A stretch of 64,000 bases of DNA, taken from contig OY740790.1 in the NCBI GenBank assembly GCA_963514005.1, forward strand, positions 29,512,001 to 29,576,000, given 5' to 3'. The notes below the pieces were generated by a model, which searched no databases, was not told the origin of the DNA, and was given only the letters and a program-made list of their open reading frames with translations. The first letter of the stretch is position 1; each line of letters begins with the position of its first letter. Position numbers and translations under genes: made by a program. This document shows, piece by piece, positions 25,980 through 37,693 of this stretch. This stretch comes from Raja brachyura. Taxonomy: Eukaryota.

Positions 25980-26715
25980 ATCAAGTCAAGTCAAGAGAGT
26001 TTATTGTTGTGTATCCCAGATAATGAAATTCTTGCTTGCTGCAGCACAACAGAGTATTGTAAGCTTAAATACAGAACAGTTCAGTGTGTTGATATAGCAT
26101 GGACCATATATATACACATAAATAAACAGATAAAGTGCAACAGGCTATTATTGTTCAGAGTTTGTTTGATGGCGAGTTTAATAGCCTGATGGCTGTGGGG
26201 GAAGAAGCTGTTCCTGATCCTGGATGTACCAGATTTCAGGCTCCTATACCTTCTACCTGATGGCAGCGGAGAGATGAGTGTGTGGCCAGGATGATATGGG
26301 TCCTTGATAATGTTAGCAATGACTGAGATAGATCCCTTCGATGGTGGGGGGGGGGGGGGGGGGGTCAGAGCCGATGATGGACTGCGCAGTGGTCACAACT
26401 TACTGCATTATTTTCCACACCTGGACGCTCAAGTTGCCGAACTAAGCCACGATCCAACCAGTCAGCAAAGCTCTCTACTGTGCACCTGTAGAAGTTTGAG
26501 AGAGTCCTCTTTGACATACCGACTCTCCGTAATCTTCTCAGGAAGTAGAGGCGCTAATGTGCTTTCTTTATAATTGCATCAGTGTCCTGGGACCAGGAAA
26601 GATCTTCAGAAATATGTACGCCCAGGAATTTGAATTTGTTGACCCTTTCCACCATCGGCCTGTTGATATAAACGGGATTGTGGGTCCCTATCCTACCCCT
26701 TCCAAAGTCCACAAT
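25980..26715 (-). mobile_element. Rex1/Babar-type LINE 3' fragment
   Basis: Minus strand LPSGRRYRSLKSGTSRIRNSFFP and upstream FKFLG- and LRKITE-like motifs; (CTTGA)n tail. Confidence 0.65.
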
Positions 26716-27039
26716 CTACATGCTGTACATCTTTTGTTCCTGTCTTCACTCCAACGTAAAGTCACCAGTGCAGTCAGACAGGGTGCTGCCTGAACCGTTA
26801 AGTTACTCCAGAAATTTGAATCCTTTTGTGGAAACCTTCTCTTTCTTCTTCTCTTTCTTTTTGTCAGCAAGTTTGTATGTCACAGAATCAGAGTTTTGCA
26901 GCGGAAACAAACCCTTCCGCTCAACTTGCCCACACTAGCCGACATATCCCATCTACATTAGTTCCACCTGCCTGCATTTGGCCCATATTCCTCTCAACCT
27001 GTACCTATCTCACTGTTTCTCATGTGGTACACCTGTTGA

Positions 27040-27342
27040 TCAAAGCGTGGCTCTACTGTGGAATGTAATTAGGAACGTAATTTAGCCTAACCTTATTCAT
27101 ACTTAATCCAAATGTAAGCATAAATGTTGCATTCAAGTGTAAGTTAAAAGACTCGCTACAGTATGCACCAAATTGCACAATTTCAAGCTGAAAAATGCAA
27201 AACTCCCTACCGTAGGAGGGGGAGCACTCTCTAGCATAGGAAGGGGAGCACTCCCCTCCAACACCCTCCTCCCCCCACCCCTTCGGTCGCTGCACTCTCT
27301 CGCAATTTCTCACTCAACTGTCACCCAAAGTTGGCAGCCCTG
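27040..27342 (+). mobile_element. Right end of a hAT-type MITE
   Basis: Ends AGTTGGCAGCCCTG, the reverse complement of a CAGGGCTGCCAACT TIR. Confidence 0.5.
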
Positions 27343-27592
27343 TTAATACGAACTTTCATATCGCAAATATCGCAATGCCATTGAATATCTCATATCTTAC
27401 CCATTTTAAACTTTATGATGGTTAAGCCAGTTCTCAGAAACCCTAATATCTGAAGGGAGCTGCCTACTAATCCAGCAAATAAGAAGATCTAAAGAGGTGT
27501 CCCCACCCAAAATGTCACCTATCCATATCCTCCGGAGATGCTGCTTGAGCTTGCTCCAGCATTTTGTGAGTTTTTTTTTTTTATACACCAGC

Positions 27593-27882
27593 AGGGCAGT
27601 ACAGTGGCACAGCAGTAAACCAGCTGCCTTACAGTGCCAGAGACCTGGATTCGATCCCGACTACAGAGGCTGACTGTGTGGAGTTTATACATTCTCCCTC
27701 TGACCGGATGGGTCTTCTCCGGGTGCTCCAGCTCCCTCCCACATTCTAAAGATGTGCAGATTTGTAGGTTAATTGGAGTTTGTACATTTTCCCTAGTGTA
27801 CAGGGTAGAACTAGTGTACGGGTGACTGTGGTTGGCGCAGACTCTGTGGGCCGGAGGCCTTGTTTCCACGCTGTATCTCCAA
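27593..27882 (+). mobile_element. HE1-like SINE nested in a PLE pLTR fragment
   Basis: Full head, core and tail; pLTR sequence resumes at ~27883 (CAGCATCTGCAGT). Confidence 0.8.
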
Positions 27883-30107
27883 ACAGCATCTGCAGTCCTT
27901 GTGCCAGGAAATATGTTTATTTCCAAAAAAGATGTTGGGAATACCAATGGTTTTGCTGCTGTTGAAATGTTAGCAGTTTCTCCCTCCACAAATGCTACCT
28001 ATTTGGTTGAGTATCTCCATATTCTCCATTTGTTTTTTTATTTTCATATTTCCAACATCCACAGCATTTTATTTCCAATTCTGAGCTCATGGTTGCTTGT
28101 GGGCAATGAGATGAATATATTCTCTTCTCTAAATATTTAAAATGATTTATAAGACTGCAGGAAAAGAGATCAGATTTATTGGTTTGTTCTTCAAACAGAT
28201 ATCACAGACCGTGTACTTTTTCACTCATTGAATATGCATAAGATGAAAACACTTTACAAATCTAAGGTTACATTTTTCTCTCAGCCAAATGGCAACATGC
28301 AATGAATTAGAAGTTATGTCACTGTGTTACTTGGGTGCAGTAGACTTCACACATGCATATAAATATTATTTAAGAATTACTTATAAATAATAATTATATT
28401 TCACCACCTTCAATAAATCTCATTCATTTAGAATGAACCCATTTTATATTTGAAATAATAGGGCCATTTACTAGAGGAGGTGCAAATATGGCAAACTGCT
28501 GGTATACTTGCACACCAAGATGATTAGCCAACTAGGAATGATTGAGTCTCACTATTACCAATTGTAAATTGAAATCAGCCATCAAAACTGATAGAAAAGA
28601 CTTATACCGCAGTTACAGTGAACAAAGTTTCACAGGAGTTTGTAAGAAAGTCAGTATTGGGCTCAATGAATTTATTCCTCGGAGAACACACGAGGATTAA
28701 TTTCTCGTCACTGGGGAGTGGACTCCTTTATTTCATGGGTAATTTTATTCCGTTCAAATTATCTTACCATCACAATTTAAAAATCCAAATTCATTCCCAG
28801 TTGTTTATTTAAAAGTATTATTAATTCAGGAGATCAGGATTAAGTGATAAAAAAAATTCAAAATCATAAGAATAAAAGAGGGGAGGAATAGGACACCTTG
28901 CATATTCTGCTACAATGCCTGTTTCCTTAACTTGAATTGGATATTACATGAATAATTAATTAAGGAACATTCTTTGTTTTACACAGGGCAAATTGCCAGC
29001 CACACGACTTTAACCAGAAACTCAAAAACTACTTAGAAGTTACTTAATAAATTGATCAGCAGGAAAGAAAAGTCTTGGGGAAAAAAAACATCTTGCTAGA
29101 AAAAAAAATCCTGTAATCTCCTGTAGTTATCAAATGCCATTGTTTCTTTAGATCTCGATGTGTCATTTTACTGCAGGGGGCTGTTGAAATTAATAAACAA
29201 TTGCTTCCATTAACACGTGCATTGATACTCTATTAAGTCTCTAGTCTTAGTGAATTTTAAAGTCTTACAACTTCAGTTCAGGTCTAATTCAGAGAATTTG
29301 CATCATAGAGTTAGAAAGCATGGAAACACCCTTTGGCTAACTTGCCCATGTTGACTAAGATGCACCATCTTCACTAGTCCCATCTGCTTGTGTTTGGTCC
29401 ATATCCTTCTGAACCTTTCCTATCCCTGTACCTGTCCAAATGTCTGTTAAATGTTATGATAGTGCTTCCCTCCACCACCTCCTATGGCAGCTTGTTCCAT
29501 ATACCCATCATGCTATGTGTGGAAAAAAGTTCATATTCATTCTTTCCCTTCTCATCTTAAACCAACATCGTCCAGTTCTTGATTCCCCATATTCTGGGTA
29601 AAAGACTGTGCATTTATCCTATCTATTCCCCTCATTCCCCTATTCACCTCTACAAGATCTATCCTCATTCTCCTGCGTTGCAAGGAATAAAGTCCAAGCC
29701 TACTCAACCTTGTTGTGCCTTCGAATTTCACTGTAGAAATACAGGTGAAAATTATCCTGTGAGGAAGACTGAAAACGTTTCAGGCTGTTGAAAAATGACA
29801 TCACTACTTATCACGAACGTGATAAAAAAATCATTAACCTGAAATATTTATTTTACTTCTATTCCCAAAGATGTTGCCTGTTTGTTGAGTATTTCCCTTT
29901 CCATTGCAGCCACTGGGTGCTTAATCAGGTTAATAAAAGAATGTTAATGCAAAAAAGAAATCGCCATTCATTCTGTTCCCTTCCAGTTATTACTGAAGAG
30001 AACGTCAAGGTCATCTTCAAACTTCAGAGTGAACAAAGCAGCAAATTAGAGCGACTATTGAACAGTCTATCAGTGCAAGGCAAATTCAATCAAACAAAGG
30101 TAACTAA

Positions 30108-30283
30108 TGCCCCTGTCCCACTTAGGAAACCTGAACGGAAACCTCTGGAGACTTTGCGTCCCACCCAAGGTTTCCGTGTAGGTTTCAGAGGTTCCCGGAG
30201 GTTTTTGTCAGTCTCCCTCATGGTCGAAAGTGGTTTCTGCCTCTTCGCTGGAAAATAGAAGCGGAAACCACTTTCGACCATTA
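30108..30283 (+). mobile_element. Truncated MITE-like element (GCCCCTGTCCCACTT terminus, PIF/Harbinger-like) ending in a hairpin
   Basis: Follows TAA; related terminus GGCCTGTCCCACTTA at ~52617; inverted repeat ATGGTCGAAAGTGGTTTC / GAAACCACTTTCGACCAT at ~30219-30281. Confidence 0.5.
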
Positions 30284-31527
30284 ACCCTCGAGTGTTAGAC
30301 TGTTCCATCTTAGGAGAAAGGTTCTGACTGTCTACCCGATCAATGCCTCATAATTGTATATGCTTCTATCAAGTCTACCCTCTACCCCGATGTTCCAGAT
30401 AAATCAACCCAAGTCTATCCAACCTCTCCCTGTCGCTAAAATTCTCCAATCCAGGCAGCATTCCGGTAAATCTCATCTACACCCTCCAAAGCTTCCACTT
30501 CCTTCCTGTAATGAGACTTAAATAGGGAATAATTTTGAGGCAAGACGAGTCTGAGCTTTTGAGGAAGAGTCATAGATTTACGGAGTTATAAAGCAAAGGA
30601 ATAAACCTTGTGGCCCACATGCCAATGCCAACCTAGTTACCTACCTGGGCTAGTCCCATTTGACTGCGTTTGACCACATCCCTCCAAACCACTCATTTCC
30701 ATGTGCTAGTCTAAATATCTTGTACATGTTGTAATTACATCCGTCTCTACTACTTCCTCTGGCAGATTGATCCTCAGTATTTAAAAAAAATGCCCCGCAG
30801 GTTCCCATTAAATCTTTCCACACTCACTTCAAACCTATGCCCTCAAGTTTCTGACTCCCCTAGCCTGGAAAAAAGACTGGCCATTCAACTTACCTGTGTA
30901 CCTCATGATATTATAAATCTATACCCCTCAGCCTCCTGCATTCCAGAGAATAAGCACCAACATTTCCAGCCTCTCTTTATAACTCAAGTTCTCCTATCCC
31001 AGTAACATATTTGCGAAACTTTTCTGCACCCTTTCTTATTTAATGACATCTTTCTCATTGTATATACATCAGGCTTCAGAATGGTACTTCTATATGCTAG
31101 GGCATTATCCGATTCATGTCTAACACAGTGCGATCATTGGACTTTGTCTATGGAATTGATGAGCTGCAATGCTGAGAAGTATATTCTGCACTCTGTATCT
31201 TCTCCTTTGCTCTATCTATTGTACTTCAGTTTGTCTTGCTTGTATTCATTAATAGTCTTATCTGATGTGATTGGATGGCATGCAAAACATAGCTGATCAC
31301 TGTACCCAACATACATGACAATAATACACATAAACTAAAAGCCATCTGACCATAATTTTCATATCAAAGCTTACACCACTTAATAATAATAATAATTAAA
31401 AAAACCTCAACCTAAACATAAACAACCAGAATGTAAACCTAAGTTAGATACGAAAAGCTGGAGTAACTCAGCAGGACAGGCAGCATCTCTGGAAAGAAGG
31501 AATGGGTGACATTTCAGGTAGAGACCC

Positions 31528-31792
31528 TTCCTTACAGCACCAGAGACCCAAGTTCGATTCTGACTATGAGCCATGTCTGTATAGAGTTTATACGTTCTCC
31601 CTGTGGGTGGGATTTCTCTGGGTTCTCTGGTTTTCTCCCACATTCTAAAGACGTGCAAGTTTGTAGATTAATCAACTTCTATAAATTGTCCCTAGGGTGT
31701 AGCGTGGGTAGTGTAAAAGCGATCAATGGTCGGCATGGACTCGATGGGCTGAAGGGCATGTTTCCACGCTGTATCTCTAAAACTAAACTAGA
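31528..31792 (+). mobile_element. HE1-like SINE adjoining a PLE pLTR fragment (31445-31530)
   Basis: SINE core and TCTCTAAAACTAAACTA tail. Confidence 0.78.
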
Positions 31793-32164
31793 ATAATTCT
31801 AACTGCACACAACACTCCAGGAGTGGTCTCACTAATATCTTATGCAGTTGTAACATGATGTTTCAACTTACTGCCTAATTGATAAGATCAAGCCGACTAT
31901 ATATAATACCGGTCTGAAACCGACCCGAAATGTCACCTATCCTTTTTCTCCTGAGATTCCGCTTGACCTGCTGAATTACTCTTGCACTTCGTGTCTATCT
32001 TCGGTATATACTAGCATTTGCTATTCCTTTCTACATAGCCTGCCACATATCGTTTTCACCCTCCTGTCTACCTGCGTCGCCATACACACAGAAATTGATG
32101 TCAACTCATTGACCTATGCTGGAACGGCTCACAATCAAGAATGTCCACATTTGGTGAAATGGTT

Positions 32165-32443
32165 TCTGCCTTACAGCGCCAGAGACTGGGGTTCAATCCT
32201 GACTACAGGTGCTGTCTGCACCTTTTGCGCCTTCTCCCCTTGACCTGCGTGGGTTTTCACCGGGCTGCTCCGGTTTCCTCCCACACTCCAAAGACATGCA
32301 GGTTTGTGCGCTAATTGGCTTAGTAAAATTGTAAATTGTCTCCAGTGTGCGCAGATGGTGTTAGTGTGCGGTGAATCACAGTTCTGCACGGACTTGTTGG
32401 GCCGAAAGGTCTGTTTCCACACTGTATCTCGAAACTAAACTAT
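32165..32443 (+). mobile_element. HE1-like SINE
   Basis: GCCTTACAGCGCCAGAGACTGGGGTTCAATCC head, core and tail. Confidence 0.8.
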
Positions 32444-33094
32444 AAAAATCTCCCCACATCTCCCTTTTCGCAATGTTAATTCACTGCTCCTCACTTAACC
32501 AACCTTTGGCAGGTGAGAAAACTAAGAAACGTTTCCAGTGCTGCCCACACACATCAGCTGAATGCTAACTGAGACAGACTGTGTGAATTTGGTGGTGGTG
32601 GGGGGGGGGGGGGGGGGGGCGGGTTATTCTGCTAGGTTTGAATTAAATATATGCCACATATTGCTTTCAAATTTATCTGCAATTAGTTCTGATCCAGTAG
32701 CTAATCATCACTGGAATGAGTACGAATTTCATTTAGATTCACAAATCTGTCTCCGAAATGAATAACTAATTGACTGTTGGATTTTGTTTTAAAGGTAGTA
32801 GTTGAATTTTAGCTGTTGCAATTTGTGATTAACAGCCCTTGGGAAATAAAGATAATGGTTCCCAGCATTATTGTCAGGGATTTTGGCCACAATTAGAATG
32901 CGCTGAGATGGTCTGAGACTACTCATTAACCACCAGAGCCGGAGATGCACTCCGAGGTGTCTTTCACAAGGACAGATTAAGATGTATCCCTGAAAATATC
33001 ATTGTTTCTATAGTGTCGTATAGAAAACAGAAAATCCAAGGGTTCAAATTAACATCAAAGCAAAGTAATTTGACAAGTTTTGCAATTAGCCCTC

Positions 33095-34000
33095 TCTTCT
33101 ACAGATGCACCACAGAAAGCATACGGTTAGGTTATATCACAGCTTGGTTTCGGAACAGCTCCCCCAAGACCACAAGTAATTGCAGAGAATTGTGGCCGTG
33201 GCTCAGTCCATCACACAGACCAGATTCCCCAGCGTTGACTCCATTTACACCGCATACTGCCTCGGAAAAGCAGCCAACCTAATTTAAATTAACCTCAGAC
33301 AGGACTACCACGAGTCACATCTTCCCATTTCCACTCCTTTCCACCCTTTGGACCATTGCCGGCTCCACCTTTCTTTAATCATCAGTGCTTTTTACATTCA
33401 TTTGCTCTGCACCTCTCGATATCACCATCTATATCTCTCATTTCCCTTTCCCCTGACTCTCAGTCTGAAGACAGGTCTCAAACCAAAACATCACCTATTC
33501 CTTTTCTCCAGAGATGCTGCCTGACCAGTTAAGTTCTCCAGCTTTGTGTCTATCTTCAAATAAAGTTTTGTTTTCCAGAGATGCTGTCTGACCCACTGAG
33601 TTATTCCAATATTTTGTCCCTAACAACCTAATCAAAGACTTGTCTCACCTCAGCCAATCTTCCTTCTCACTGCTCCCATCAGGCATAAGCAGCAGCAGAT
33701 TGAAAGCATGCACCACCAGACCCAGGAACAGCTTATTCCCCTCTTATCAAGCTTCTGAACAGTCCTTCCACAAGCTAGGCTACTGAGCAATTCACATCTA
33801 CTCCCACCGCGGACGTTGGACAGTCTCTGGAATGATGCGGCACAATGTTGAGAACTATACTCTGTACCTTTCTTTGTGCTCAACCTATAGTAATTGAGTT
33901 GCGCTTGGTCATATGTATGTGTTGTATTACCTGTTTTGATTGGATAGCATGTAAAACAAAGCTTTTCATTTACCTCAGAATACATGACAATAATAAACCT
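33095..34000 (+). mobile_element. Rex1/Babar-type LINE 3' fragment interrupted by a Penelope fragment (~33290-33620)
   Basis: FYRCTTESI...ITAWF resumes after the insert as LLPSG..TTRPRNS; AACCTAAT repeated on both sides of the insert. Confidence 0.65.
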
Positions 34001-34785
34001 TATTGCACTTGATTCTGTGCTACTTTGGGAATTTACTCTATTCTCAAATTTCCGTATAAACACTACCAATCTTAATGGGCAGCAACTATTATCAAATGAT
34101 TGCTCAGCAAATGGTGAAAACAATTGCATTGATAAAATTCAACCAACATCCTTGAGAGGTCTCGAAGCATGTAATGGTCGATGAATTCTCTTTGATCTCC
34201 AGTAATTAGTCAATTTATGAAATGGATGCATTCCTGGCAAATGTTGCATTAGCAGGCATTTCACAAATCATGGTTGATCAAAATGCATTATGGACACATC
34301 AGTACAACACTTACTAAAAGGCTGGGGTGGGGTGCTATTGTTGGAGCGAGAAATTGCCACATAAATTGAAATCACTTACCACAGATACAATAGCATTGGA
34401 GCGAAAATTCATAAATCAAACATCCATGCATCGAGGCATTGCTGTAATGTTATTCCCATTATTGAGGTAAATGGAGCAGAGACTTGCATGCGCAAGTTTC
34501 AACACGGCACATTTGGAAAACAATTTGGCTGCTTTGGTCCAGAGATTAATATCCAGAACACAGGAAAAACTTGTCTGTTCGAACATTGCCCTGGGATGTT
34601 TTAAGTTCACCTGCACAAGCAGCTGGTGTTTAACGTTTCTCTGGGAGGTGGTATGGAGGTCATGCAGTGCCACACTGTACCAATTCTAAATGCCTCTTTA
34701 TTTTGGGATGATGGACACACACGGGGGTGACACACATGGACACAAACACACGGGGATGGACACGCACACAGGGATGGACACAGAA

Positions 34786-35360
34786 TGGCACTGCAGGAGA
34801 GCCGCTGCCTTTACAATGCCAGAGACCTGGGATTGATCCCAACATCAGGTTCTGTCTGTGTGGAGATTGTACGTTCTTACTGTGAACACGTGGGTTTACT
34901 CTGGGTGCTTTAGTTCCAAAGGCATGCAGGTTTGTAGGTTAGTTGGCTTCTATAAATTGCTCCTAGTTTCAAGGATGTAAAAGTGGGATAACATAGAACC
35001 CACCTTTGCATCCTACATTGCATAACGGTGGCACAGCGGTAGAGTTGCTGTCTTTCAGCGAATGCAGCGCCGGAGACCCTGGTTTGATCCCGACTACGGG
35101 TGCTGTCTGTATGGTGTTTGTACGTTCTCTCTGTGACCTGCGTGGGTTTTCTCAGAGATCTTCGGTTTCCTCCCACACTCCAAAGACTTACAGGTTTGTA
35201 GGTTAATTGGCTTGGTAAATGTAAAAATTATCCCTAGTGGGTGTAGGGTAGTGTTAATACGTGGGGATCGCTGGTTGGCGCGGACCGGGTGGGCCGAAGG
35301 GCCTGTTTCCACGCTGTATCTCAAAACTAAAACTAGTGCACGGGTGATCGAAAACTAAAC
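34786..35360 (+). mobile_element. Two nested HE1-like SINEs (younger copy 35025-35335)
   Basis: Two heads and two cores; the older tail resumes at ~35333. Confidence 0.8.
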
Positions 35361-35763
35361 AAGACACCCACACTGCCACTGAACATTGGGGGTTGCTTGA
35401 GTGTGAGCTGGAAAAGTGGGCTCAGCATTCATAGTTGAACCATTTGTTGCCCATTATTAATGTTCCAAGTAAAAAGAAAGCTTAAAAAAGGACAGTGGAA
35501 AATTTATATTTATATATCTTTTCTCATAGAGTGAATACAGCATGAACCAAGCCCTTCGTTTTACCAAATTCATGCTGACCCATTTACACTACTTCCATTT
35601 TATATTCTTGCCACATTCCCATCCACCCCAGCCAGATTCTATCATGTAACAAGTAAGAAGTTCATTGTTTAATAGACAGTATATAACAATTTTACTTTGG
35701 AGTCAAGACCCCGCCAGCACGCATGCGCGACATATCATCGCTCGCATTTGCTAACGGCATGCT

Positions 35764-35796
<33 letters not shown>

Positions 35797-35888
35797 ATGC
35801 GCTTCCCCAACAGCTCCTTCAAAAAGACGGCTGAAGATAAGTTAACTAACCTTGAGTTGGTTCTCTGTGATATTTTTGATATTACAGA

Positions 35889-37691
35889 ATGATGGAGGGG
35901 AAAGGTAAACTTTCCAAAGGTTGCGGACAGCGGCCAACTTCCTCATAGCTGCCCGAAACACCGGCAGCACCCATGTTACGGCTGGGGAAAAAGATGCGGA
36001 TGTCGGTGAGCCCTATGGAGTCGGTAGGGCCAGACTCGCCTCCACTTCAAGCTGGTTGGGACTCCGCACAGGAGCAGGGCCGTGTAGACCCCGACTTCAT
36101 CCCACCATCGCCCAAAGTCAGGGCTGGTGGGAAAAAGATACAAGCTAATATGCCTCGCATATCGGCGAGTGCCTCTTCCGTTTTACAGGTCTCTAGAGGG
36201 CAGACCTGGGGAAGAGCTGCGCTGAAGTTGAGCTCCGCAGCTGCGGTGGGCATCGACAAGCCGCAGGGGAAACCTGCTAGATTGCAGGCCGGCAGCAGTA
36301 CTGCTGGAGAGTCGGGAAGCCCTGCAGGAGCAGGAGGTACCGGCATTCCACCGGGACAGGCTGCTGGAGCGCAGACCGGTGGGAGCAGTTTTCGGTCAGG
36401 CACCCCCGTTGCGACGGGTATAGCCGACCATGCGCCGTCACGGACCCGTGTGGTCAAGGGTGACGGCAAGACTGCATGGACAATGGGGAGCCAGCTATGG
36501 GAGCCGGCACAGACTCATTCCCTCTGCCTTCCCACCAGGCAGAGGGGCTGCTAATGTCCAAACGACGGCAGACTAGCAGTATGTCTGTGCGGAAGTCGTA
36601 CAGCCCCGCAGGAGCAGTTGCTGACGATGACCTATCAGCGCACATCAATGAGGTCCGACCTACTGGTAGAAGTCCCAGTGTCTCAGGAGAGCCTGGGGAT
36701 GTCGGCTTGTTGTCTGCGTGTAGCGGCGGCGGTCGCATGGCCAGAATGGAGCAGATGGTGGAGGTGTTGTATCAACGGGATCTGGAATGGCAAGAGCGTG
36801 AGTTTCTGAGGTCTGGGAGCCAGATCAGGCCGCCGCTTTCGATTTCACCTTCGTCTGTTGCCAGTAGACAGAGTCAACATATGGTTGATTTTGAACACAT
36901 AGCGGCAGGAGATGAGCCCACTGCTCCAGATTCAGAAGAAATGCTGGACGCAGTATCAAAGTTTGGGAAGCCAACAAGTGCAGGGGACCCCTGCATCCCA
37001 AACTTGCGGCAAGTATCAACTTTTTAACGACTCACCAGCTCCAATATCAGGTGGTTGCTGAGACCATGGAGAAGTACAATGTTCCAGCAAATTGTATTTC
37101 CCTCAACGTGCCGAAAGTTAATTCACCGATCTGGGGGAACATCAGCAACAACACCAGAACACAGGAGGGCAAGCTTCAGAGGATTCTGAAGCTGCTAACA
37201 TCAGGTATCACGGCGTTCGCCAGGACCCTTGATGGAGCGGATGTATCTGAGGAGCAACAGGATGCACTAGCCCTCCTGTGCAATACTCAATTTGAAATCA
37301 ATTGTTTCCGTAAAAGCTCCATTCGGCCCAACCTCAACCCAAAGTTTGCTGGGTTGTGTCGCACCTCCACCACACCACCACCAAGACAGATGTTTGGGGA
37401 GGACCTGCTGAAGCAGGTCAACGAATTAGACGAAGAAGCAAAAACATTGGGGCTCATGAAGCCACCTTAGTCTTCGAAAGGCCAGGCTTACCGAAGACAG
37501 CAGCCTTATCCCCCCTCTAAGCCTAGGGGGCAGCCGGATAGATACCAGAGAACCTATCCACCACGAACATATCCACCACCAGCTCCCCAATAGCAACAGT
37601 CTTTTTTAGGGCAGGGCCCTCTGAAACCCACATGGATGATCCGGCAACACAAAGACCACAAAAGTCACAACACCCCAGACCCCGGCGTTAA
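35889..37691 (+). pseudogene. DIRS gag-like ORF1 (premature stops and frameshifts)
   Basis: Begins MMEGKGK as in copy 2; continues through ORFs 35973, 36476 and 37051 (PANC..LNVPKVNSPIW, RKSSIRPNLN, MFGEDL); inferred stop TAA at 37689. Confidence 0.75.
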
Positions 37692-37693
37692 CC

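Noticed and set aside
34710-34785. GGACAC-rich short tandem repeats
   Set aside because: Small slippage-type duplication at a SINE 5' end; nothing suggests function
35025-35100. tRNA genes at SINE heads
   Set aside because: A/B boxes run into the SINE core and tail; no full cloverleaf
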